Made by a program: the position numbers and the translations under genes
Shown here: piece after piece, positions 27,201-36,033 of the stretch
How the letters are laid out: every line of letters begins with the position of its first letter
Position numbering within the stretch: the first letter of the stretch is position 1
IMG/VR virus record: IMGVR_UViG_3300035014_000032
Coordinates: 1-39,400 of that record
Origin: a virus
Lineage: Duplodnaviria > Caudoviricetes
DNA: 39,400 nt
Strand: one strand, 5' to 3'
Notes under the pieces: model-generated
Told to the model about the DNA's origin: nothing
What the model saw: only the letters and a program-made list of their open reading frames with translations
Databases searched by the model: none

Positions 27201-30200
27201 GCCATCCTCGACGCTGCGGCGTGTGTTCGATGCGTTCAAGTCGTGGCTGCTGCACATCTATCAGGTGGTCGACAATTTGCGCTCGCCGATCACGCCGGAA
27301 ATCCGGGAGGTGATGGACCGCCTGCTGGCGACTGATGAAGAGATCGCGGACGCGCGCGAGCAACAGGCGCTGGGCGATCTGTTCAATGCTGCGGCTGACG
27401 CAGGCATGACGGAAGCCGAGTTCGCCGCCTATAAAGCGCTTGCAACCGACGCGCGTGATGAGGCGCATTCAGCCCTCCTGTATCGCACAATGGCGTCGAT
27501 CCGGGCCGCGCGCACGAAGGAATGGAAAGCGGAGGAAGCGCGGGTCCGGGCGGATGTCACCGAGCGCGTCGACCGTCGCCCGGAGTTTCGCGCTCTGCAC
27601 TTCCTGCGCACCGGCAAGCTGCGGGAAGCGCCCGACCTGCCGGCCAATCGGCTGCGCATCGACAAGGCGTGGTTGGTCGATCGCTACGGGGAGGGTGTGC
27701 TTGCCCAGATGCCGGGCGGCGTTCCCCCGCTCTATGTCGAGAATGGCACGCATCCCGACGAGATCGCCGAAATGGTCGGTTTCGCGAACGGCGACGAGAT
27801 GGTTCGCACGCTCATCACTCTGCAAGAGCGAAAGCGCGAACTGCTTGGTCAGGACGACAAGCGATCCGTGCGCCAGGCGCTGATTGACGAAGAGACGGCG
27901 CAGGAAATGCGCGACCGGCATGGCGACCCGCTCAATGACGGATCGATCGAGGAAGAGGCGCTTGCCTTCGTCCAGAACGATACTCAGGGCGAGAAGATGG
28001 CGGCGGAACTGCGCGTGCTGGCGCGTCGGTCCAACCGGAGCCCTACGCCTTACTCGCTTGCCAAGGATTGGGCGCGAGACAAGATCGCCAGCTCCACCGT
28101 GCAGGAAGCAACCAGCGGCGCCGCAATCCAGCGCTATTCACGGGCTGCGGCAAAGGCGGGCAAGGCTGCGGAAGCTGCCATGGTCAAGCGTGACACGGAC
28201 GAGGCGTTCAAGCAGAAGCAGGCGCAGATGCTGAACAACGCGCTGGTGGCAGAGGCGACCCGCGCGCGCGAGGCGGTGGAAAAGGCGCGGAACCGACTGG
28301 CCGGCTATGCCCGCAAGCGCACCATCAAGTCGATGGATCAGGACTATCTCGAACAGATACATGACCTGCTTGAGCAGGTGGAGTTCCGCCCGCGCACGCA
28401 AGCCTCGCTGGATCGGCAGGCGTCGTTTGAAGAATGGGCTGCGGCGCGAGAGGCGGAGGGGCACGATGTCGTTGTGCCGGCATCCTTTGCCAAGTCGCTC
28501 GGCACAACGCATTGGTCGCGCCTGTCGGTGGAAAAGATGCTTGGGCTCGATGATGCCGTTGCCCAGATCGCGCACCTTGGCCGGTTCAAACAAGAGCTGA
28601 TCGACGGGGCAGAGCGCCGTGCCTTCGAGGAGGTTGTCGGGGAAGCTGTGTCGGGGATCGGCAACTTGCCGCCTCGGGCGCCCGTCACTTTCGATCCTTC
28701 TTGGTCGGATCGCATGAAGAGCAAAGTCGAGGCGGTGGATGCCGCCTTGCTCAAGATGGAAACGATTGTCGATTGGCTCGACGGCGGGAACAGCGACGGG
28801 GTGTTCAACCGTGTCGTGTTCCGCCCGATTGCAGACGCGCAGGCGCGTGAGCAGGATATGACGCGCGACTATTTTGCGCGCATCAAGACACTGATGGAGG
28901 CGGTGCCGAACGTCGCGCGCTGGGCAGATCGCGTGATGGTGCCTGAGTTGTTTGATCGGGAGACTGGAGCGGCTCTATCCGTCACGCGGCAGCGCCTTGT
29001 CGCCATGGCGCTGAACATGGGAAACGAAGGCAACATCCAGCGCTTGACCGATGGCTATGGCTGGAACCGCGACATCGTCCGGGACGTGCTTAATCGCGAG
29101 CTGACGGCGGACGACTGGCGGTTCGTGCAAGGCGTTTGGGATACGATCGAGACGCTATGGCCGGAGATCGCGGCCATGGAGCGCCGGGTCAACGGGGTGG
29201 AGCCTGAGAAGGTCGAGGCCGTTCCGATCGAGACCAGTGCCGGCACGCTGCGGGGCGGGTATTATCCCGCGATCTACGACACATCACGCGATCTCCAGGC
29301 GGAGCGGAACGCTGGCAAGGCGTCTGATCTTCTCGACGCCAAATATACCCGTGCCACCACGCGGGCCTCTGCCACCAAAGATCGCCTGGAAAAGGTGACG
29401 CGCCCGATCCTGTTGGAAGTGGGCGTAATCAATCGGCACCTCGGCGAAGTGATCCACGACATCACCCACCGGGAAGTCATCATCAACGCGCACAAATTTC
29501 TGAATGACGGGCGGGTGCAGAAGGCGGTCAACGATACGCTCGGGCCGGAGATCAGGAAGCAGTTCCAGCCATGGCTCAAGCATGTGGCAAATCAGTGGGC
29601 GGCTGAACGTGCCGGTAACGAAGGGCTGGCTGGCTTCATGGCCAAGGCGCGGGCGAACACGACTGCGGTCGGCATGGGGTTCCGCCTATCCACGGTCATC
29701 ACGCAGGTTGCCGGCTACGCGAACAGTCAGGAAGTGATCGGGGGTAAGTGGCTGGCAAACGCCGTGGCGCAGTCTGCCGCGAATTGGGCGGGAACCTTCC
29801 GCTTCGTTGCGGAGCGATCTGGCGAGATCCGCAACCGAATGGAAACGATGGATCGCGATATCGGTCAGCTGGTGCGCAGCCTTGATCTGAACCCGCTCGG
29901 CAAGGGGCTCGACGCCACGCGGAACGCCATGCGGTTCATGTATCACGGTATCGGCTGGGCTGACCGTATCGTCGTCGTGCCGACTTGGATCGCCGCCTAC
30001 AACAAGGCGCTGGCGGAAGGCGCGGAGGAACAGCAGGCCATCTACGCGGCTGACAAGGCTGTGCGCCAGTCCCAGGGGGCGGGCGGCGCAAAGGATCTCT
30101 CCGCCGTGCAGCAGGGGCAAGGGCGGTGGGGCGAGGCGCTGAAGCTCTCCACCATGTTCTATTCCTACTTTTCGGCCTTGTACCAGCGCCTGCGGACGTT

Positions 30201-30714
30201 GGGCCGGGATGCCTTGGAGAGTGGCGGCAAGCCGCGCGATATCCCGAAACTGCTTGCGCGAGCATGGTGGCTCATCATTGTTCCGCCCCTTCTGTCTCAG
30301 ATCATCGCGGGAAAGGGACCGGAGGAAGACGAGGATTGGGGGCTGTGGTCCTTCAAGCAGATGCTGTTCAACATGCTGGCGCCAATCCCGTTCGTTCGTG
30401 ACCTGGCGCAGCCGGCGTGGGACATGGCGGCCGGTGACCGTTCGTTCGGCTATCAGCTTTCGCCGGTCCAGCGTGCCGGTGAGACGCTGGTGAATGTCAG
30501 CGGTGATGCAGGGCGCATTGTCCGGGGCGAGGAGACGAAACGAGCGACGCGCAACGCACTGGAGGCAACCGGCTATGTTACCGGCCTGGTGCCGGGCCAG
30601 CTTGCTACCGCGGCGCAATTCCTTGTTGATGTCGGGTACGGCGATCAAGACCCGGAGACCGTGGGTGAGTGGTTGCGCGGCCTGTCGAAAGGCAAGGCGA
30701 AGGCCGAGGAATAG
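24277..30714 (+). CDS. Giant internal virion (ejection) protein, polyvalent, with GNAT and HExxH domains
   Basis: 2145 aa; GNAT motifs RDSGVGSEIM...LREFYKRFGF; STFAHEMGHQW; GGYYPAIYD. Confidence 0.88.
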   Translation: MADDYSREIADLALRRAALSLGANKPAPDAAAKANRVARATGLPVATVDDNLDTLSRQVEVSRAQHIMRRNPELAAWVADTRNAAVGSDDIGGLAQNAKAWSRAREGSLTNAPKPEGTLWNSLKGIGTGFVETFARLPNDIQRVGADWLPSFDLAAPGTPRLKDAGQDNARRASLRSTARIDAATPDFKSKTARYLYGGVSSLAQTLPAVGVGVLTGGVGGLAAAGAQAALPAYSKYRDRGGTRGEALLGGALEGGIEVATEKLPMDFLVNRLGKLGAGKFIAGYLGRDMPGEMAASLAQNAIDTAIANPDKTWGEYLSEQPDALMQAAVSSLMSGAFFAGAGKVGRRFAQADARNAQAADDADTLTKAMDSAAASKTRARDPEAFQDFVNRFTEGSRVENVFVPAETVATYFQSQDIDYREDDFWRDYAGQIEEGLQTGGDIVLPTAAAAAHLSGTPVWDAIKNDARTSPGGPSLAEVESQRASYEETMEQLGSQMAEQMQAEQEADAPRMAIYNDIRDKLTNAGHTQEFAAINAELVAQRYATRAARQGQSLTGQETVNITVNAVLPENLAPIVAKDAGDVGIQSVINVMRRGLGVKSDRLKFGDSLVEWISKNGGIEDKGGDLTALGADAWHKGKPGKRKLIRPMESGQSSFIAGARDNANTPDELALRAQEAGYFPAGERPEIGQLFEAIESELRGEPVYAQYAGGLTDEDNTRAAAEELMQILEQRGLDPEKATDREIKETLQQYRQEQADAYRQDADFGRRMMAVVSDRFPGVKLDLGGNGGTITISRIEVPSSDRDSGVGSEIMKMLTDAADAAGVRLALTPSDTFGGSVGRLREFYKRFGFKENKGKNRSFTTRESMVRNPPGQSYDQTFGDGPRGQISFTQGRSIIDLFQERNTSTFAHEMGHQWLEELRQDAERDDATDQVRADWQTVQDWFASRGHPLVDGKIPVDAHELWARGIERYLMEGKAPSSTLRRVFDAFKSWLLHIYQVVDNLRSPITPEIREVMDRLLATDEEIADAREQQALGDLFNAAADAGMTEAEFAAYKALATDARDEAHSALLYRTMASIRAARTKEWKAEEARVRADVTERVDRRPEFRALHFLRTGKLREAPDLPANRLRIDKAWLVDRYGEGVLAQMPGGVPPLYVENGTHPDEIAEMVGFANGDEMVRTLITLQERKRELLGQDDKRSVRQALIDEETAQEMRDRHGDPLNDGSIEEEALAFVQNDTQGEKMAAELRVLARRSNRSPTPYSLAKDWARDKIASSTVQEATSGAAIQRYSRAAAKAGKAAEAAMVKRDTDEAFKQKQAQMLNNALVAEATRAREAVEKARNRLAGYARKRTIKSMDQDYLEQIHDLLEQVEFRPRTQASLDRQASFEEWAAAREAEGHDVVVPASFAKSLGTTHWSRLSVEKMLGLDDAVAQIAHLGRFKQELIDGAERRAFEEVVGEAVSGIGNLPPRAPVTFDPSWSDRMKSKVEAVDAALLKMETIVDWLDGGNSDGVFNRVVFRPIADAQAREQDMTRDYFARIKTLMEAVPNVARWADRVMVPELFDRETGAALSVTRQRLVAMALNMGNEGNIQRLTDGYGWNRDIVRDVLNRELTADDWRFVQGVWDTIETLWPEIAAMERRVNGVEPEKVEAVPIETSAGTLRGGYYPAIYDTSRDLQAERNAGKASDLLDAKYTRATTRASATKDRLEKVTRPILLEVGVINRHLGEVIHDITHREVIINAHKFLNDGRVQKAVNDTLGPEIRKQFQPWLKHVANQWAAERAGNEGLAGFMAKARANTTAVGMGFRLSTVITQVAGYANSQEVIGGKWLANAVAQSAANWAGTFRFVAERSGEIRNRMETMDRDIGQLVRSLDLNPLGKGLDATRNAMRFMYHGIGWADRIVVVPTWIAAYNKALAEGAEEQQAIYAADKAVRQSQGAGGAKDLSAVQQGQGRWGEALKLSTMFYSYFSALYQRLRTLGRDALESGGKPRDIPKLLARAWWLIIVPPLLSQIIAGKGPEEDEDWGLWSFKQMLFNMLAPIPFVRDLAQPAWDMAAGDRSFGYQLSPVQRAGETLVNVSGDAGRIVRGEETKRATRNALEATGYVTGLVPGQLATAAQFLVDVGYGDQDPETVGEWLRGLSKGKAKAEE

Positions 30715-30716
30715 CC

Positions 30717-30750
30717 TTCGATTCAATGGCAGGTACGCGGCTGGTAGCGA
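30717..30750 (+). promoter_or_regulatory. Late promoter 7 (tailspike)
   Basis: TTCGATTCAAT-N17-TAGCGA. Confidence 0.8.
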
Positions 30751-30774
30751 TTTCCCGTTTCAAAAGGACGGGAA

Positions 30775-32940
30775 ATGTCTGTCGCAACCACCAAGACTTT
30801 CTCCGGCCCCTACCTTGCAGACGGGGTTGTCACCGCTTTTCCTTTCGACTTCCAGGCGCTCGACCCTGAGGATGTCGGTGTTCTTGTACGCGATGTCGCC
30901 GGCAGCGAGAGTGTGTACGATCCCGACTATTTCTCCGTTTCTCTCTCGGAAGAGGGCGGGACAGTCACCCTGCAATTCGCCCCTGCCGAGGGTCTGGCGG
31001 TTTATGTCTATTCCGATCCGTCTTTCTTGCAAACGATCAAGTTTGAGAATGGATCGAACTGGCTGGCTGAGCCGGTCAACATCGCGAATGATCGGGCGGC
31101 GGTTCGCGCGCTGGCGCTGAAGCGCGAGGTAGAGCAGTCGATCCGCGCGCCATTGGGTGAGGCCCTTGGCAAGCTCCCCCCGGCAGCGGTGCGCGCCGGC
31201 GGTGTCATCAAGTTCAACGATGATACGGGCGAGATCGAGGTTAAGCCGGAGGCGGAGTTCGCACCTGGGCCGGCTGGGCCGGCGAGCAACACGCGCCTCT
31301 CACTGTCTGAACTGAAGGCGGCGCCCATCACGGACAGGACCAGCCTTTATGACGGGGCATTGTGGACGTGGACGGCAGGCAATTTTACCGGCAAGGCGGA
31401 TAACGCCTCGGTCGTCCAGTCGGACAACATCCAGATCACTGAAGGCGCATGGGTCCGTCAACAGGCCGGCGCCGTCACCTATACCGCGCCGCTAGCCGAC
31501 GCCATCACGATCCCCGCGGCGGTAAAGCTCGATGACACGGTTTCGCTGTCGAGCTTCCGCTACGCTTCGGACCCGGCCGACGATTGGGCGCCGACGCTCC
31601 AGCGCGGGGTGGATGCCTTGGCGGCGCGAGGTGGTGGCACGCTGCTGCTGCCGCTCGGCACGTTCCCGGTGAAGCTGCGGCTGGCGTCCAACGGCCTCGG
31701 CGTGACGGCCTTGGAAATGAAGAGCGGCGTCTATCTACAAGGCGCATCAAAGACGGGTTCGATCATCCGGCTGGCAGACAACCAGATCGGGCAGGGCACC
31801 TACCTGCGGATCATCTGCTCGCTTGTTCCGATCAGCAATGTCGGCATCTCCAACCTGACGATCGACGGCAACCGCGACGGGCAGAACATCTGGAAGGAGC
31901 AGGGCAACGGGGGCAACATCGTCCTTGGCACCGTCTATGACTGCACCATTCGGGATGTGATCTCGATCAATGCCAACGGGCAGGGAATACAGGTCGCAGC
32001 AGCCCCGCCCCTGGTCAGTCAGCGTGTCTCGATCCGCAACTGCACCGCCAAGAATATGTCGGGCTCGACGTTGAACGCGGACGGCACGGTCAACGCGCTC
32101 TACAACGGCAACGGCATCGGCATTCAGGTATCGCGCGCCGGGTCGGTTAACATCTCGAACAACATGGTCACGAACTGCCGTGACAATGGCATCGACACGT
32201 TTTCCGATAACCTGATCAACGACCCGATCGGCGGTAGCCACATCATCGCGGGCAATAACATCAGCCTGTGCCGCACGGGGATCTTCCCTGAAACGCCGGC
32301 GGCTGTGTTGGTGACGGCCAACTATATCATTGACTGCGTGGAAGGCGGGATCTTCGCGAACCGCATCAACGGCGCCCCCCAGACCGTCCGCATCTCCAAC
32401 AACATGGTGGGCAACGTCCCGGTCGGCATCCGCGTGACGGGCGACTGCCTGCCGGCCAGCGGCGTGACGATCACCGGCAACACCATCTACTCGATCACGT
32501 CGCCTAGCGGGTTCGGCATTCAGCTCGGACTGCCCGGCGCGAACGTCAGCTACATCGACGTGAGCCGCAACACCTTCGCCATCGCTGCGGAGAACGTGCC
32601 GATGATCGGCATCACGGCAGCGCAGGCGGCGTTCATCCGGGGCACCGACAACCATTATTTCGGTGCACCGAACCCCGGCTACTTCGTGTTCAGCGATGTC
32701 ACGACTGCGGTTGAAGTCACGATCGGCGGGTTCATCGGCGTGTCGGACAGCTCTGTCGCGGATCTCGACCGCAAGTGGGGGCGGATCAAGCGGCTGGAGG
32801 TGCCCGACCTCGCCGGCTTCTTCGGCGCTGATCCGGTGGGACAACAGACGCTGGAGCCTGCCGCCACAGACGCGGCCACCACCCAGGCGCTCGCGAATAG
32901 CCTGCGCACCGCCCTTATCGAACTCGGCTTGGGAGCCTGA
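30775..32940 (+). CDS. Tailspike 1: T7-fiber-like anchor plus right-handed beta-helix (depolymerase-like)
   Basis: GPYLADGVVTAFPFDF anchor; DDWAPTLQ...GGGTLLLPLGTF; repeated Asn/Ile/Gly beta-helix rungs. Confidence 0.88.
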   Translation: MSVATTKTFSGPYLADGVVTAFPFDFQALDPEDVGVLVRDVAGSESVYDPDYFSVSLSEEGGTVTLQFAPAEGLAVYVYSDPSFLQTIKFENGSNWLAEPVNIANDRAAVRALALKREVEQSIRAPLGEALGKLPPAAVRAGGVIKFNDDTGEIEVKPEAEFAPGPAGPASNTRLSLSELKAAPITDRTSLYDGALWTWTAGNFTGKADNASVVQSDNIQITEGAWVRQQAGAVTYTAPLADAITIPAAVKLDDTVSLSSFRYASDPADDWAPTLQRGVDALAARGGGTLLLPLGTFPVKLRLASNGLGVTALEMKSGVYLQGASKTGSIIRLADNQIGQGTYLRIICSLVPISNVGISNLTIDGNRDGQNIWKEQGNGGNIVLGTVYDCTIRDVISINANGQGIQVAAAPPLVSQRVSIRNCTAKNMSGSTLNADGTVNALYNGNGIGIQVSRAGSVNISNNMVTNCRDNGIDTFSDNLINDPIGGSHIIAGNNISLCRTGIFPETPAAVLVTANYIIDCVEGGIFANRINGAPQTVRISNNMVGNVPVGIRVTGDCLPASGVTITGNTIYSITSPSGFGIQLGLPGANVSYIDVSRNTFAIAAENVPMIGITAAQAAFIRGTDNHYFGAPNPGYFVFSDVTTAVEVTIGGFIGVSDSSVADLDRKWGRIKRLEVPDLAGFFGADPVGQQTLEPAATDAATTQALANSLRTALIELGLGA

Positions 32941-32942
32941 TC

Positions 32943-33158
32943 ATGAGCATTGGTCAACTTGCTGAAAACGCTGGGTTCGGCGCCGAGCCCGCACTGTCGG
33001 TATTCGCACGCGGCTACACGGAGCGGGGGCGGTTCGGCCTGCGCGGTGAGGCGGTCGGCATCACGGACCATCAGGACGCCTACGAGGCCGGCGTCCGCGC
33101 TCGCCAGGAAGAGGACATGGCCGAGGCCCATGCACGACAGGAGCCGCACCATGGCTGA
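32943..33158 (+). CDS. Hypothetical 71-aa protein between the tailspikes
   Basis: Fills the gap between spike genes and overlaps the next start. Confidence 0.55.
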   Translation: MSIGQLAENAGFGAEPALSVFARGYTERGRFGLRGEAVGITDHQDAYEAGVRARQEEDMAEAHARQEPHHG

Positions 33159-35154
33159 TCTCGGTATTCAGATCAACGCGCGGGGCTCGAACGTCTCTGC
33201 GCAGCGCCGGGCGAACAACGTCGTCATCGAGATCGACAACACGGCAGCGGAGGCCGCCACCTCTGCCGCCCTCGCCGCAGCCACCTCCGTCCAACAGATC
33301 GGAGAGCAGGTAGAGGCGGATGCTGCGGCGGCGCTGGTGGACTTGAAGGCACGCGCGATTTTTCGCGCTCCGACATTTGCGGCGGCTGCGGCATCAGACC
33401 TGACGGGCTACACGGTACTGCGGATTGATGGGTATTACGCACCAGGCGACGGGGGGGCGGGCCAATATGGCCGTGTTGCTATCGCGCCCGCGTCGGGGAT
33501 CGGCGTCACGTCGTTTGCTAATTCCGGTTCGTGGTTTGAGTTGCAAGCCCCTGATGGCAGTTCCATCGACGTTCGAGCAGCAGGCATTGCCGGAAGCGGC
33601 AATCAGACTTCGCGCATGGTCGCGCTTTGCCTTTGGGCCGAGCGTAACGGGGTAGCCGAAGTGTTTTGCCCCTTCGCCAGCCTGATCGTCAATAACACGA
33701 CTGATTTGCGCGGACGGGTGCTTGTGGGCAACGATACGGCGCTTACTGGCTATACGCGCAACGCCAAGGCTTATCGCAATGTGCGGCTGAATGCCGTCAA
33801 TCAGTCTGATCTGGTCACGCACCCGACACCACTTGTTGATCGTACTCCCAAGCTGCTGTGGCGAGAGAGCGAAAATCAATACTTCGTCGCGGTGCAGAAA
33901 GAAAACTCTGCGCGCGGTTATCTGCTGCTGTCATTTCGCAACAACGCCACGACGACGGGAGAGAGTATCGCTATCACGTCCAACGAACCCACGCGGTGGC
34001 GGTGCGTCGGCGTGCAAGATGCAGTGTTCGTCGGCGTAGCAAAGAACACATACGAGAGTGTCACGGGAACGTGGAAGCAGACACAAACTTCTAGCCAGTT
34101 CGCAAACATCATCCCGAAATGGACCAATCGTCGGGATATGAGATACTGGAGCGCAAACCAGAACGGTCATACGATCACCTTCAAGGCAAAGGCGCTTGGA
34201 GGAAGGTTCAATCTTGCTCTGCTTTGCGGGACCGGGACGGATGCGAATATCGGCGTGACGATCGACGGCGGTGCGGCCGGTACGATCTCCGGACAGGCTA
34301 CCGCCAGTAACACGATCAAGGTTTTTTCGTTCGCCACCAGCAAGCCCGATGGCGAAGACGTGACGATCACCTTGACCAAAAACGGCATAAACGGCGTGTC
34401 GGTGTTTGTGATCGGGGTAAATTTCTATGAGTTGAAGGATTGGCCGGGGACCACTGCGGACCATTATTTCTATTATCGCGACGCATATAGTGTTACGACA
34501 AACCCCGGAGGCCGCGCGGATTATCTAACCGAGGCGAGTTCTAACGATTTTGTGATCCGCGACTATGGGAGTGCCACCTATGGTGTCCACTATCACGGTG
34601 GCGAGCAAAACATCGTCAGCAAGTGGTACGCTGATGGGGCAGAGGTAACGACCCTGACCGCCAACCAGACCTCGTTTGTTGTCAGCCGCAATATCGAGGC
34701 GCGTGGTACCTGCACCGTTGATTGGACCACCCTGCCGGGGGGGACATCAAGCGCGACTTTTGAGGAGGTGTATCGGTTCGGGGCGGGCGGATACTCCAAT
34801 TACAATCTCGCGTTCGGGACAATCCAAGCCGAAGAATTCTATACCGCAATGTTCGGCGCGGCCGAAAGCTTCACCGAAGTTGTAGAGCCTGTACGAGTTG
34901 ACATGGCGGCAGCAGAAAATCTCGCTCGCATCCCCGCTGGGAGGTGTAACCGCGTCTCACAGCGCAACCCAGCTACAGGCCAGAAGATTACGTTGGAGTT
35001 CAGCGTCTTTGCCAATGAAGAAAACCACTACGGCGGCCCGCATTGGCGTAAGGTAAACGGGTCTTACCTCAAGTTTTATTACGGGCCTGTTCTTGAAGGG
35101 CAGCGATCCTTCTCAAGCATTTCGGCTATCACAAACGCCAGATTTGAGGCGTGA
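33151..35154 (+). CDS. Tailspike/receptor-binding protein 2
   Basis: AGGAG SD before ATG 33151; GYYAPGDGGAG spike motif; beta-rich; more AT-rich codons. Confidence 0.75.
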   Translation: MADLGIQINARGSNVSAQRRANNVVIEIDNTAAEAATSAALAAATSVQQIGEQVEADAAAALVDLKARAIFRAPTFAAAAASDLTGYTVLRIDGYYAPGDGGAGQYGRVAIAPASGIGVTSFANSGSWFELQAPDGSSIDVRAAGIAGSGNQTSRMVALCLWAERNGVAEVFCPFASLIVNNTTDLRGRVLVGNDTALTGYTRNAKAYRNVRLNAVNQSDLVTHPTPLVDRTPKLLWRESENQYFVAVQKENSARGYLLLSFRNNATTTGESIAITSNEPTRWRCVGVQDAVFVGVAKNTYESVTGTWKQTQTSSQFANIIPKWTNRRDMRYWSANQNGHTITFKAKALGGRFNLALLCGTGTDANIGVTIDGGAAGTISGQATASNTIKVFSFATSKPDGEDVTITLTKNGINGVSVFVIGVNFYELKDWPGTTADHYFYYRDAYSVTTNPGGRADYLTEASSNDFVIRDYGSATYGVHYHGGEQNIVSKWYADGAEVTTLTANQTSFVVSRNIEARGTCTVDWTTLPGGTSSATFEEVYRFGAGGYSNYNLAFGTIQAEEFYTAMFGAAESFTEVVEPVRVDMAAAENLARIPAGRCNRVSQRNPATGQKITLEFSVFANEENHYGGPHWRKVNGSYLKFYYGPVLEGQRSFSSISAITNARFEA

Positions 35155-35168
35155 CGGAGGAACACCAC

Positions 35169-35258
35169 ATGAAACCCACACTCGATAAGCTCTGCAAGCT
35201 GGTGGACGCCACGCCTGGCAGCGCATGCAAGGGCATCTTGCTTGATGCGACCCCCTGA
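35169..35258 (+). CDS. 29-aa peptide with internal repeat
   Basis: GGAGG SD; MKPTLDKLCKLVDATPGSACKGILLDATP. Confidence 0.6.
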   Translation: MKPTLDKLCKLVDATPGSACKGILLDATP

Positions 35259-35279
35259 CCTGATTGGAGGCTTCCAGCC

Positions 35280-35588
35280 ATGACAGCATTGCGCGTCATT
35301 AACATCATCGTCTGGGGTGTCATGCTCGCGTACATGCTGCCGGGTGCGTGGGCTGCTACCGGCAGGGGCGCCCGATATGGCGACCCGATGCGGTTGGCGT
35401 GTGCGCTGACCGCCATCCTGTTCATCGCCTTTAACGGCTATTGGCTGGTCAACGCCGCTAATGCGCCCACTGATCCGTTCATGACGGCTCTACTGGTGCT
35501 GAGCGCGGCGCTGGCGGTGTTCATCCTCAAGCTCGGGCGAACCTATGGGCGCGGCGGCTTGCTGACCGAGACGCGTGATGGCCGGTAG
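35280..35588 (+). CDS. Three-TM membrane protein, holin candidate
   Basis: GGAGG SD; three hydrophobic segments; located in the lysis region. Confidence 0.65.
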   Translation: MTALRVINIIVWGVMLAYMLPGAWAATGRGARYGDPMRLACALTAILFIAFNGYWLVNAANAPTDPFMTALLVLSAALAVFILKLGRTYGRGGLLTETRDGR

Positions 35589-36033
35589 CGCGGTCCCTGT
35601 TGTCGTCTCGGGCTGGTCGTGGACCGCTGCGCTGATGGGCCTCGCAAACCTACTGATCGGGGGATTGCTCGTCCAGATCGTCCGCACCCGCCCAACGCTC
35701 AAGAAGATCGCGAACGAGCGCGAAGCTAACCTTTTGACGGAGCGCGCTGCCGAAATGGACAAGATGGGCGAGCGCATCGCGGCACTGGAAGCCCAGCTTG
35801 AGCAGCAGCGCGCCCGTCACGAGGCCGAGCGAGCCTTGGACCGGCACCGCCTCAACAACATGGACCAGTGCCTGACCTACCTGTTCATGGTGTTCGAGAA
35901 GATGCCGGAGAAGGTGCCGGAAGCCATGGCCGCGGTGAAGGAAATGCGCGCCGATCAACTCAAGAACGAAGCGCTGGAGAAGGCGACGATCCACGCCGCT
36001 GCCATCGCGCATGGGAAAGGGGCGGAAGGATGA
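35578..36033 (+). CDS. Membrane-anchored coiled-coil protein (lysis region)
   Basis: N-terminal TM helix followed by a heptad-rich region. Confidence 0.7.
   Translation: MAGSAVPVVVSGWSWTAALMGLANLLIGGLLVQIVRTRPTLKKIANEREANLLTERAAEMDKMGERIAALEAQLEQQRARHEAERALDRHRLNNMDQCLTYLFMVFEKMPEKVPEAMAAVKEMRADQLKNEALEKATIHAAAIAHGKGAEG

Noticed and set aside
11431-32844. Long minus-strand ORFs (e.g. 11431-12576, 15757-16980, 22334-23641, 29686-30726, 31747-32844)
   Set aside because: They are antisense shadows of well-supported plus-strand genes in GC-rich DNA and show no recognisable motifs.
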